Source: Oscillospiraceae bacterium
GTDB taxonomy: Bacteria; Bacillota; Clostridia; Oscillospirales; Ruminococcaceae
DNA length: 64,000 bases
Reading direction: 5' to 3'
Assembly: GCA_017436125.1 (NCBI GenBank)
Contig: JAFSDS010000026.1
Coordinates: 862 to 64,861, forward strand
Under the pieces are notes generated by a model. It searched no databases. It saw nothing but the letters and a program-made list of their open reading frames with translations, and was not told the DNA's origin. The translations under genes were made by a program, and so were the position numbers. This document shows positions 51,449-60,393 of the stretch, piece by piece; position 1 is the stretch's first letter, and every line of letters starts with the position of its first letter.

Positions 51449-52248
51449 TGAAAAACGAGAGCAAAACATTATATATTCCCCTTTACGGAAAGGCTATGGC
51501 GAGCTGTAAAGGTATAATACTTCACGACCTGAGCGCGGAGAAAATATGGAAAAACGAGGGCTTTTCACTGAAAGGAAAAAGCCGTTCAAAATGGCTTGCA
51601 TACTTTTTGAGCATGAGGGCGGCGGTAATTGACCGCTGGCTGAGCGAAAAACTGCGGGCAAATCCGAAAAGCATGGTGCTTCATATCGGATGCGGTCTTG
51701 ATTCCAGAATCGAGAGGGTAAAGGAACCCCATGGGCTTTGGTATGATATCGATCTTCCGGAAGTTATCGAAGTTCGCCGCCGCTATTTTTATGAAAACGA
51801 TAATTATAAAATGCTCGGTGCGTCCGCTATGGAAAGCAACTGGATAAAGGCCCTGCCGGATTCAGAAAGCGTTTTCGTTGTTATGGAAGGAATCAGCATG
51901 TATCTTTCCGAAGAGGCTGTAAAGGGCCTTTTCAAGGCTCTGGCGGAAAAGTTCCCAAAGGCGGAGATCGTTATGGACGTTTATACTTCCGCGGCTGTAA
52001 AGGCTTCGCGCTATAAAAATCCTATCAAGGATGTTGGCGCAAGCGCATTTTTCGGTGTTGATGATCCGAAGCTTTTCGAAAACGAAAAAATAAAATTTGA
52101 AAAAGAACTTTGCATGACGCCGAAAGATATGATAAACGAACTTTCCGGTTTTGAAAAAGCCTTTTTCAAAACCATGTTTGCCGGAAACTTTGCGAAAAAG
52201 CTTTATAAAATTTACACATATGATTGTATCGGTGATGAATATGTATAA
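51445..52248 (+). CDS. Class I SAM-dependent methyltransferase (LCM/TcmP-like O-methyltransferase family)
   Basis: ATGA overlap with the upstream gene. VLHIGCGLDSR and VVMEGISMYL motifs. Confidence 0.7.
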   Translation: MMKNESKTLYIPLYGKAMASCKGIILHDLSAEKIWKNEGFSLKGKSRSKWLAYFLSMRAAVIDRWLSEKLRANPKSMVLHIGCGLDSRIERVKEPHGLWYDIDLPEVIEVRRRYFYENDNYKMLGASAMESNWIKALPDSESVFVVMEGISMYLSEEAVKGLFKALAEKFPKAEIVMDVYTSAAVKASRYKNPIKDVGASAFFGVDDPKLFENEKIKFEKELCMTPKDMINELSGFEKAFFKTMFAGNFAKKLYKIYTYDCIGDEYV

Positions 52249-52441
52249 AAGAATACGCGACCTTCGCGGAGATAAAGATTTGAGCCAAGATGCAATCGCA
52301 AAAATATTAAGTGTTAGCCAATCGACATATTCCAGATATGAGAGCGGATATCTTGACATTCCGAGCGAAATACTTATCAAACTTTCGGAATTTTATAAGG
52401 TATCCACCGATTATATCCTCGGTCTTTCCGATGAGGAGTGA
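52241..52441 (+). CDS. Small XRE-family HTH regulator
   Basis: MYKRIRDLRGDKDLSQDAIAKILSVSQSTYSRYESG. Start overlaps the end of the methyltransferase gene by 8 nt. Confidence 0.8.
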   Translation: MYKRIRDLRGDKDLSQDAIAKILSVSQSTYSRYESGYLDIPSEILIKLSEFYKVSTDYILGLSDEE

Positions 52442-53084
52442 TTCTTTGCCGTATTTTGCCAAAATCATATATAACTTACGCCGCACCGGAAGTTCGCTTT
52501 TTACCTATGACTGCGCCCACTGCGGAAAGGCGGTCAGGGGCAGGGCGCTTTGTGAGGAATGCGAAAAGCTTCTGATGCCGGCAGCCGAAGAAAATGAAAA
52601 TACGGTTTCTGTATTTTATTATGATTCGGCGGCAAAAAGCGCCTTGCTCAAGCATAAATTTTCCGGATGTGATTATTGTGCGGATACCCTTTGCGACTGG
52701 CTTTGCGTGGGTTTTGAAAAACTGGAGAATCAAAAATTTGATTTCGCACTTCCTGTGCCGTCCTTTGGCGTTACGGAAACAAAGCTGTATTATCTTGTAA
52801 AAGATTTTTGTGCGGCAAAAGAAATTCCTTTTAAGCCGTCCGTGCTCAAAAAGATACGCAAAACGGAAAAACAGCATAACCTTTCCGCAAAAGACAGAAA
52901 AGAAAATCTTAAAGATGCGTTTAAAGCCTCTTCGGCGGTTGCCGGAAAGACGGTTTTGCTAATTGATGATATTTTGACAACCGGAACAACTGTTTCGGAA
53001 TGCTCAAAAACTCTTCTTGAGGCAGGAGCAGAAAAGGTGTTTGTGCTCACGGTGCTCAAAACAAAATTTGATTATGAAGAATAA
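52431..53084 (+). CDS. comFC: ComF-family protein (zinc finger plus phosphoribosyltransferase domain)
   Basis: CAHCGK...CEECEK zinc finger. VLLIDDILTTGTTVSE PRTase motif. Start is either ATG 52431 or TTG 52446 (6 nt after GAGGAG). Confidence 0.8.
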   Translation: MRSDSLPYFAKIIYNLRRTGSSLFTYDCAHCGKAVRGRALCEECEKLLMPAAEENENTVSVFYYDSAAKSALLKHKFSGCDYCADTLCDWLCVGFEKLENQKFDFALPVPSFGVTETKLYYLVKDFCAAKEIPFKPSVLKKIRKTEKQHNLSAKDRKENLKDAFKASSAVAGKTVLLIDDILTTGTTVSECSKTLLEAGAEKVFVLTVLKTKFDYEE

Positions 53085-53117
53085 AAAAGCGGTTTGCATT
53101 GCAAACCGCTTTTTTTA
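53083..53117. terminator. Bidirectional rho-independent terminator
   Basis: gcggtttgc-att-gcaaaccgc flanked by A6 and T7. Confidence 0.85.
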
Positions 53118-53124
53118 TTCTTTT

Positions 53125-55575
53125 TTAATTATCACATATTTCAAGTATCGCTTTTGTAACAGCATAGGCTGTTTTCTGGATATCCCTTTTGTTGATAAGG
53201 CTTTCAAGGTCCGCCGGGTTTGAAACATATCCGACTTCAAGCATTACGGAAGGGCAAAGGGTAAAGCGGGTCACGTTGTAATAATCCTGACGGGAACGTT
53301 CATTATCGCGTTTAGTCACGCTGCTTATGTAATCAACAAGTTTTTGTGAAAAATCCGCACTGATGTCATAATGATAATAGACAATGCTTCCGCAGTAAAG
53401 ATTGGCATCGGAACTTTCAGGAATCGAGTTTGCGTGACAGCAAACATAAACGTCACAAAAAGCTTCCCTCGCGGGGTCCATTCTTCCGTAAGTTTCAAGT
53501 TTTCCTTCGGTGGTATAAAGGAGAATGGTTTCTGCCCCAAGGCTTTCAAGGCTTTGGTTTATGGCCATCATGTTGGCAAGGTTGATTTGAGCCTCATTAA
53601 CGCCTTCCTCGCCGGCAATGCTCAAAGCGCCGGGGTCAATTCCGCCGTGGCCGGAACAGAGTGCGATTCTTATTCCGGAAAGGGGTTTTGCCGTATCATC
53701 GGAAAGTTTCGGCTGCGGTTTTATAACAACGGAAAAACTTCCGTTTTCGGGGTCAGTAAAGAAATCCCAACCCCAGATTTTTTCGGTTGCATAAAAATTA
53801 AGGGTGATGCTTCCGTCGCCGTTATCCACCGCAACAATGCGTCTTGCAAGATTTGAGGCAGGGTTTGTGGAAGAAATATTGCTGTATTCCGTGTTATAAA
53901 GGGTTAGGGAAAGGGCTTTTTCATGCTGTTTTCCTTTAAAGGCGGGGATGTTTTCGCTTTTGAAGGTGATTTTCTCATAGCTGTCGCCGATAAGAAAATC
54001 TGGGGAACCGATTTTGGCGGTAATATCCGTGTTACCGGTGATTATACCGCATTGGGCGGGATTTATATATCCGCCCATGGAAAGCTTATACCATCCGCTT
54101 TCGGTTGTTTCCGTAACGTAGTCGGCACATCCGGTGCGAAGGGTCGTTATATAGTTTCCGTTTTTAAAATCCTCGGCCTCAACCCCGGCAAGGTTAACGG
54201 AAGCGCGAACGGCAAACGCCGCATTTTCTCCGATAAAATAATAGCTGCCTTCGCTGGTATAGTTTTTGACGTTTCCATTATATCGAAGGGTATAGGTAAC
54301 GCGGCCGATGGCCGTGATCTCGTTTTCCGGGTATTCACCGGAAAGATCGATGGTTCCTTTAAACGTTGCGGGAACGCCGTTATCTGCGTACGCTGCCTGC
54401 TCGAGTTTTACCTTTTTACCGCCGATTTCCGCGGAAACACTTCCGCCGGAAGGCCCAACGCAGGAAAGAGTGACAGTTGTTTCTCCGTTTTTAACGGCTG
54501 TTTCAGCCGCCGGCTGAATGGAAGAAAGCACTTTTGTGGTTGAAACATTTCCGGTGGAACCTCCGGTTCTTGAAAGGGTTACGGAAACAGTCTTGCCGCC
54601 CTGGGTAAAGCTGAAGGTTTTTCCCTTTTTCGGAACTTTTACCGTAACGGCAAAAGTTCCGTTTTCGCTGATGCGTGTTATTTCCTCGCCGTTCATATAA
54701 AGAGGCTTATCCGGATTTGAGGTTCCGAAGATGGTGTAGCTTTCGGTGGATACCTTAAGGCTTGATCCGGTGGGCCTTGTTATATCAAGCTTTTGCGAAA
54801 TGGAAAAATCCGCATACTGATCAAGAACTTCGCTGTTAAAATAATCCGCGAGGAAAGATGCCCTTCCGCCTTTGTTTTCAACAAGGTCATTGAGGTCGGA
54901 AAGGCAGAATCCGAATCCGTGGAGTTTATTTACAAGATACTGGTTGTTCAGTTCAAAAATATCGGAATAAAAATCGCCTTTAACGCTTGGAACAAGAACT
55001 TTTCCAAGGTCGTTTACGGAAACGATATTAGCGTTTTCAAATTTTGTGGCAATATCGGTAAGATATTCCTCGTATCCGTATTCGGAGTTGCAGGAAAGAA
55101 GGTTTTCTGTAAAAATGGTTTTAAAAAAGCCTTTTCCGTAATAATACTCCGCGGATGAAAGGGCGTTTTCATCTTCAAAGGGAAGATAAAACGAAAGATT
55201 ATCGCTTCCGTGCTTTTGAAGAAGTGAAGAAAAAGCCTCCTCGGAAATCCCGTTTTCAACCATAACTTTTGTTCCGGAAGGAAGATCGGGCAAAAGTTCT
55301 TCATCCGCAAAAACAATAATCTCATGGGGCGCGTCGCTTTGACAGCGAAGATAATCCGAATAAAAATCAATACTATCAGCACCGCGAAGATCAAGAACCG
55401 TTCCGCCAAAGGCGTTTTCATAAGTTCCGGAAACATGAGAAAAAGCTTCCTCTGCAGAAAATCCGTCATTTGGGGAAACGAATATAAAACGAGGAGGTTC
55501 TTCAGCGGCAAAAGCCGCTGCTGAAAGGGCAAAGGCAAGAAGAACGGCAAAAATAAGTGAAACTAACTTTTTCAA
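53125..55575 (-). CDS. Large secreted N-acetylmuramoyl-L-alanine amidase (C-terminal Amidase_3)
   Basis: TTG start coupled to the upstream stop (TTGA), with GGAGGA 9 nt upstream. Signal peptide ...AAAFAAEE. C-terminal CSGHGGIDPGA, CHANS, EVGYVSNP motifs. Confidence 0.85.
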   Translation of the reverse strand: MKKLVSLIFAVLLAFALSAAAFAAEEPPRFIFVSPNDGFSAEEAFSHVSGTYENAFGGTVLDLRGADSIDFYSDYLRCQSDAPHEIIVFADEELLPDLPSGTKVMVENGISEEAFSSLLQKHGSDNLSFYLPFEDENALSSAEYYYGKGFFKTIFTENLLSCNSEYGYEEYLTDIATKFENANIVSVNDLGKVLVPSVKGDFYSDIFELNNQYLVNKLHGFGFCLSDLNDLVENKGGRASFLADYFNSEVLDQYADFSISQKLDITRPTGSSLKVSTESYTIFGTSNPDKPLYMNGEEITRISENGTFAVTVKVPKKGKTFSFTQGGKTVSVTLSRTGGSTGNVSTTKVLSSIQPAAETAVKNGETTVTLSCVGPSGGSVSAEIGGKKVKLEQAAYADNGVPATFKGTIDLSGEYPENEITAIGRVTYTLRYNGNVKNYTSEGSYYFIGENAAFAVRASVNLAGVEAEDFKNGNYITTLRTGCADYVTETTESGWYKLSMGGYINPAQCGIITGNTDITAKIGSPDFLIGDSYEKITFKSENIPAFKGKQHEKALSLTLYNTEYSNISSTNPASNLARRIVAVDNGDGSITLNFYATEKIWGWDFFTDPENGSFSVVIKPQPKLSDDTAKPLSGIRIALCSGHGGIDPGALSIAGEEGVNEAQINLANMMAINQSLESLGAETILLYTTEGKLETYGRMDPAREAFCDVYVCCHANSIPESSDANLYCGSIVYYHYDISADFSQKLVDYISSVTKRDNERSRQDYYNVTRFTLCPSVMLEVGYVSNPADLESLINKRDIQKTAYAVTKAILEICDN

Positions 55576-55793
55576 ATTTTAAATTCCTCCGGGTCAAAGG
55601 TCGGAAGTTCCGGTGCGGCGGGGCGCGGAACTCTTAAAAGCGGGTCATAATCAAAAGAACGGCAGGAAAAACCTTTTTCAACGATGCCTTTCTTTTTGCA
55701 AAGAACTTTTTTTCCGTCGGAAGAAAGATATCCGCCGGAGCAGTATTCGCATCTTGGCTCGATTTTTTTATTGAAGAATTTTTTATCAAACAT
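55572..55793 (-). CDS. 73-aa Cys4 (zinc-ribbon-like) protein
   Basis: CEYC...(15)...C...(13)...C. GGAGG upstream. Stop overlaps the amidase start. Confidence 0.55.
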   Translation of the reverse strand: MFDKKFFNKKIEPRCEYCSGGYLSSDGKKVLCKKKGIVEKGFSCRSFDYDPLLRVPRPAAPELPTFDPEEFKI

Positions 55794-55931
55794 AAAACGG
55801 CGCCTCCGTTTTTTAAAATCTATAAAAATATTTTATCACAGATCATTTGGTTTGACTATGCCTAAATTCAGTTATTTTATGCATAATATGACTAAAAATC
55901 AGAAATTATTACTTTAAAATAAAAACGAAAC

Positions 55932-55962
55932 AAAAAAGCCCCGGAAAATCCGGGGCTTTTTT
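55932..55962. terminator. Rho-independent terminator (GCCCCGG family)
   Basis: agccccgg-aaaat-ccggggct flanked by A6 and T6. Confidence 0.85.
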
Positions 55963-55978
55963 AGCACAATATTTTATA

Positions 55979-56175
55979 TCAGTGAAGAGGATCTTTGCCG
56001 ACTATATGTTCATAGAGCCTTTGGCTGTCGCGGGCATTTATGATTCCGTCTTCGTTAACATCGGCCGCTTTGTATCCGTAAGATCCGTTTTCGAGTGGTT
56101 CCTTACCGACTATATGCTCATAAAGTCTCTGGCTGTCACGGGCATTTACAAAGCCGTCACAGTTACAGTCACCGA
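55979..56175 (-). other. Dockerin module
   Basis: GDCNCDGFVNARDSQRLYEHIVGKEP ... DVNEDGIINARDSQRLYEHIVGKDPLH. Confidence 0.8.
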
Positions 56176-57994
56176 GAAGTACTCCGGAGGGGCCGGATAT
56201 CGGAACGGTGAAATCATGATAGAAAAGTATGGAGTTATATTCAAGGCTCTGTATGGTTGCGTAATCGCCGTTGACTGTTACGACTGTGTTTGTGTCATAT
56301 TCGTAAGTGGTAGTGAGCCTTACTTTAAGGCGATAGGTTTTTCCCTCCTGAACGGTATCCCATGAGCCAACCCGGAAATCACCGTCATACCATTCATAGG
56401 CATAGATCCTTGAATAATCATCGGAAAGGGAAGGAACAGGGAAATCTCCGCCGTGGACAGGGAACGGAACATTTACTTTAATGGACGAAAGAACGCCCAC
56501 GGAAGTTTCGGGGAAAGTGTATTTTACAACGATTTTATTTTGGTTTTTAAAATCAACGGTCGCTTTTTTTCCGTTAACGGTTGCAAAAACGCCGTCATCT
56601 TTAAAAAGCGTTCCGTCGCCGATAAGATGTATCCTTACTTCATAAGCGGTATCTGTTTCATAGTTTTTTGTAACCTGACCTCTATCGTTCCACCATGTAA
56701 CAAGAGGAGCACCGTTTTCGGTCATTATTTCGTATCCGCAGTTGTTCGGAACATAAGCGGAGGTGCTTACAGGAGAACCCGACTTCGGAGGAACAACACC
56801 GTTTATTTCGACTTCTGTAATCCTTGTTTCGGGTGGGTTATGTTCAGCCGTAAAAGTATAGCTGACCTCCAGATAGTCCGTGCCGCCGGCGTATTTTATG
56901 TCGGATACGGAGTATTTTGAAAAATCAAGTCCGGTAAAAGTTGCGGAAATATTTTCGGGATCCGCAAATTTATATCCGTCGTTGGCATCAAATATTACCT
57001 GAAGAGTATATTTTTCTCCGGCCCAAAAAGCATTGCTTCCGTTAAGAATTTTTCCGCTGCTGTTTTTCCATGAATAGGAGGCGTGAACAATAGTATAATC
57101 GGAATTGCTCGGAACGCACATAAAGTTTTCGCGGACGGGATAAGCAAAGCTTCCGTGCTTTGGAAGTTCAAGTCCGCCGATTTCTATTGCAGCAATCTCA
57201 TAAAGTTCCGTGATATAATAAGGGATTTTTACGGTAAGTTCTTTTTTGTCACTGTTGAACTGTTTTTCGCACTTAACAGGTCCGTTGTTCTGCCATACGT
57301 CAACGTCATTTGAAAATTTATAGCCGCTGTTGGCCTTTAAAACAATGTTAAAATAATATTTTTCACCGGCAGAAAATCTGTCGGATTTTCCCATTACCTT
57401 GCTTCCGTAACTCCAATAGGAACTTACAACTTCGGAGTTATCATAAAGATGAACGAAAGAAACGGAAGGAGTTTCTCCGTCACGGGGGTTTCTGATATCA
57501 CGGAACTCGACCTTATTTATATCCGGATAGGTCCTTGTTCCGCTGACAGTAAAAGTAAATTTTACGGTTATGATTGAACGGTCACCGTGGATATAGGTCA
57601 CTTCGGAAGAATATTTATCGGAGCTTATTCCGCCAAGGGTAAGCTTAATATTGTTCGGGTCGCCAAAAACGCATCCGACTTTCGCATATACGTTAAAATC
57701 GACGCTGTACGTTCTTCCGGATTCAAACTTATAGTTTATATCGTCGATTACGGTGCCTTTTTCGTCCTTCCAGCTAAAGGACTGGAGCCGTAATTCATAA
57801 GGCACGCCGCTTGGAACACTAACGGCGTTGTATGTTGACATTTCAGCAGCTTTTTCACCGGCTATGGGAGCATGGATACCGTTTATTGTAACGTTTTGGA
57901 TAGTTGTGGCAGCAAAAGTGCTCGTCGGCATAAAACCTAAAAGCATAATAAAGCAAAGCAAAAAACATACCAGGCGCATTTTTGTTCTTCTCAT
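55979..57994 (-). CDS. Dockerin protein with five tandem ~115-120-aa beta-rich repeats
   Basis: ATG 57994 lies 9 nt after AAGGAG (the track starts at TTG 58000). Signal peptide ...PTSTFAATT. Five repeats share I..V.I.G...P..G....VP....Y......W.....G..Y......A..GY.F. Dockerin at the C-terminus. Confidence 0.85.
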   Translation of the reverse strand: MRRTKMRLVCFLLCFIMLLGFMPTSTFAATTIQNVTINGIHAPIAGEKAAEMSTYNAVSVPSGVPYELRLQSFSWKDEKGTVIDDINYKFESGRTYSVDFNVYAKVGCVFGDPNNIKLTLGGISSDKYSSEVTYIHGDRSIITVKFTFTVSGTRTYPDINKVEFRDIRNPRDGETPSVSFVHLYDNSEVVSSYWSYGSKVMGKSDRFSAGEKYYFNIVLKANSGYKFSNDVDVWQNNGPVKCEKQFNSDKKELTVKIPYYITELYEIAAIEIGGLELPKHGSFAYPVRENFMCVPSNSDYTIVHASYSWKNSSGKILNGSNAFWAGEKYTLQVIFDANDGYKFADPENISATFTGLDFSKYSVSDIKYAGGTDYLEVSYTFTAEHNPPETRITEVEINGVVPPKSGSPVSTSAYVPNNCGYEIMTENGAPLVTWWNDRGQVTKNYETDTAYEVRIHLIGDGTLFKDDGVFATVNGKKATVDFKNQNKIVVKYTFPETSVGVLSSIKVNVPFPVHGGDFPVPSLSDDYSRIYAYEWYDGDFRVGSWDTVQEGKTYRLKVRLTTTYEYDTNTVVTVNGDYATIQSLEYNSILFYHDFTVPISGPSGVLLGDCNCDGFVNARDSQRLYEHIVGKEPLENGSYGYKAADVNEDGIINARDSQRLYEHIVGKDPLH

Positions 57995-58063
57995 GATCAA
58001 GCGCTCCTTCCAAAATATATTACAAAGTGTATGAAAGAAATTTTCATATATCTTTACATTCTA

Positions 58064-58092
58064 ATTATATTTTTTAAAAGGAAAAGCGTCAA
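58064..58092 (-). promoter_or_regulatory. Sigma-A promoter TTGACG-17-TATAAT (minus strand)
   Basis: Reverse complement gives TTGACG (58092-58087) and TATAAT (58069-58064), upstream of the dockerin gene. Confidence 0.6.
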
Positions 58093-58142
58093 TACCCATT
58101 TTAAAAAGCGGTGTGGGAAAAAGTGTGAGCAAAACAGAAAAA

Positions 58143-59336
58143 TCAAAATTTTGTCTGTTTTGAAAGAAATCTGTTCCAAAGGCGGCGAAAAGCGGGCTCC
58201 TTTTCGCTTTTTGGCGGAACAAGGGAAAGAAGAAAAAGCGCCGCCATGCAAAGAAGGCTTACAAAAGCCGGTGCGGATGAGGAAAGAACGGCTTCATAGC
58301 TTCCGCCTTTAACAGAAAAAGCAGAAACCGTTTCTCCGGAGAAAAGAAGAAAGAACCAAAGCATACAAAAAGTGATCACAGAATGAAAAAGCCGGGAAAT
58401 CAAAAAAGGAACAAGCGATATTCCGCTTCTGTCCGTAAGGGCGGAAATTTGAAGAATAACGGAGATACCGGAAAAAGAGGCTATGGCTCCGGCTGTTGCC
58501 ACAGCCCAAAATCCGTTTATTTCTCCGCAGGCAAGACAACCGGCAGTGACTTCAAAAAAACCGGTTAAAAAAGCCTTTGCGGCCGGAATATTGGATACTG
58601 CGGAAAAAATCTGCCCCTCAAAAACAAGTTCAAGGGTGCCGCAGGCAAGAATGATAAATGCGCACATCCGAAAACAGCTTTCCGCCGCGGAAACAACGGA
58701 TTCTATAACGCAGGAAGCGTTAGATGACCTTTCAGTCGCCGCAAAAAGCTTGTTTTCTTCCGGTTTTTCAGAAAAGAGCGAGAGAAAAACGGCAATTATC
58801 GCGGCGGATAAAAACTGTGCCGCAAAAAGAAGAAAACCGATTTTTATGCTTCCGAAAACGCCGATGCCAACAGCTCCGATAAGAAAGGAAGGTCCGGCGT
58901 TTACACAAAAACAAAGAAGCCTTGCGGCATACTTTCTGTCAAGGCCGCCGCATATAACAAGGTCGTTTATGCATTTTGCTGCGGCGGGGTATCCTCCTAT
59001 TACAGCGGAAAGCAGGATTCCGCCGCAGTTTTGCGGAATTTTAAGAAACCGCAAAACAGGTTTAAAGAGCACATCGAAAAAATCCGCTGCGGAACTTTTG
59101 CATATAAAGACGGAAAGCGCCATAAACGGAAAAAGAGCGGGAATAACGGAAAAGGAACAGAGATAAAGCCCTTTTCTTATTCCTTCGCTGATTTCTGCGC
59201 TTTCGAATAAAAGCATCATCCCGACGGAAAAGGCAAGAAGTGCCGTAAGAAAGTTCCGCTTTGTCAAAAAAACACGCCCTTTCAGCAAGTTTGGAACAAC
59301 GCCATGCTTGAAGGAACGCAGGCATTGTGATATCAT
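58143..59336 (-). CDS. YlbJ-like nucleoside-recognition-domain membrane protein (sporulation integral membrane protein family)
   Basis: Polytopic protein. GLYLCSFSVIPALFPFMAL and GGILLSAVIGGYPAAAK resemble YlbJ. Start uncertain (ATG 59336 lacks an SD; TTG 59267 is an alternative). Confidence 0.7.
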   Translation of the reverse strand: MISQCLRSFKHGVVPNLLKGRVFLTKRNFLTALLAFSVGMMLLFESAEISEGIRKGLYLCSFSVIPALFPFMALSVFICKSSAADFFDVLFKPVLRFLKIPQNCGGILLSAVIGGYPAAAKCINDLVICGGLDRKYAARLLCFCVNAGPSFLIGAVGIGVFGSIKIGFLLFAAQFLSAAIIAVFLSLFSEKPEENKLFAATERSSNASCVIESVVSAAESCFRMCAFIILACGTLELVFEGQIFSAVSNIPAAKAFLTGFFEVTAGCLACGEINGFWAVATAGAIASFSGISVILQISALTDRSGISLVPFLISRLFHSVITFCMLWFFLLFSGETVSAFSVKGGSYEAVLSSSAPAFVSLLCMAALFLLSLVPPKSEKEPAFRRLWNRFLSKQTKF

Positions 59337-59380
59337 AATCTTATGAAAACAGTTCTTTTTTTAGAAAGGGGAAAGGCTTT

Positions 59381-60340
59381 TTGAAAAAAATTCTTGCCCT
59401 TGCCGCGGCGCTGGTTTTGATTCTCTGCGCCTGCGGCGCGGAAAAAATCGAAACAGATTATGACTTTACCGAAGTTGCGGAAAAAACCATGGCTCATATC
59501 GTCGAGGAAGCCCCAAACCCGGGCCATAGCCATATAAACGGCGAATGGACCGTTATCGTTGCCGCAAGAAGGGGCGAAGAAGTTCCTGAAGGTTGGTATG
59601 ATATTTATTACGAAAATCTTTGCAAGACCCTCAAAGAATGTGACGGCGAACTAAGCGGAACAAAACACAGTGACTATTCAAGAGCGGTGCTCACCCTTTC
59701 TGCCATAGGAAAAGATCCGACTAACGTTGCAGGATATAACCTTCTCGAAACCTATGCGGACTATGATTTTGTTACCCACCAGGGAATCCCGGGAAGCATC
59801 TTTGCCCTTATATCCCTCGACTGCCTCGGTTATGAGATACCCGGCGGCGAAATTACAAGGGAGATGTATATCGACCATATCCTTTCGGAAGAATATGAAG
59901 GCGGAGGCTGGGCGCTTATGGGAGAGGACCCTGACGTTGATCTCACCGCCCAGGTCATCCAGGCATTTGCTCCGTATTATGGAACAAATGAAAAAGTTAC
60001 CGCCGCCGTTGACAGAGCTGTTGCGGTGCTTTCAGAAGTTCAGAAGCCTGACGGCGGATTTTTCGCATGGGAAGCGGAAAACGTCCAAACGGCGGACCAG
60101 GTCATTATTGCGCTTTCTGCCATCGGCATCGATATCCGTACTGACGAGAGATTTATCAAGGACGGAAACTGGATAGGTTCCTACATCATGAAATATTATC
60201 TTGGCGAGGGCGCATTCAGCCATACCCTTGATATGCCGGAAAACGCTATGGCAACGGACCAGTGCATGCAGGCTTTTGTTTCCATGGAGCTTTTTGAAAA
60301 AGGCGAAAGATTCTATGATTTTTCATCCATCGCAAAATAA
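59381..60340 (+). CDS. Lipoprotein with prenyltransferase/terpene-cyclase-like alpha-alpha toroid repeats
   Basis: TTG start after AAAGGGGAAAGG. Signal plus Cys (LILCACG). Repeats EYEGGGWAL and QKPDGGFFAWE resemble QxxxGGW/F motifs. Confidence 0.6.
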   Translation: MKKILALAAALVLILCACGAEKIETDYDFTEVAEKTMAHIVEEAPNPGHSHINGEWTVIVAARRGEEVPEGWYDIYYENLCKTLKECDGELSGTKHSDYSRAVLTLSAIGKDPTNVAGYNLLETYADYDFVTHQGIPGSIFALISLDCLGYEIPGGEITREMYIDHILSEEYEGGGWALMGEDPDVDLTAQVIQAFAPYYGTNEKVTAAVDRAVAVLSEVQKPDGGFFAWEAENVQTADQVIIALSAIGIDIRTDERFIKDGNWIGSYIMKYYLGEGAFSHTLDMPENAMATDQCMQAFVSMELFEKGERFYDFSSIAK

Positions 60341-60349
60341 TCAGAATAT

Positions 60350-60380
60350 AAAAAAGCCCCGGAATATCCGGGGCTTTTTT
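60350..60380. terminator. Bidirectional terminator (GCCCCGG family)
   Basis: agccccgg-aatat-ccggggct flanked by A6 and T6. Confidence 0.85.
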
Positions 60381-60393
60381 GTTTACTTAACTA

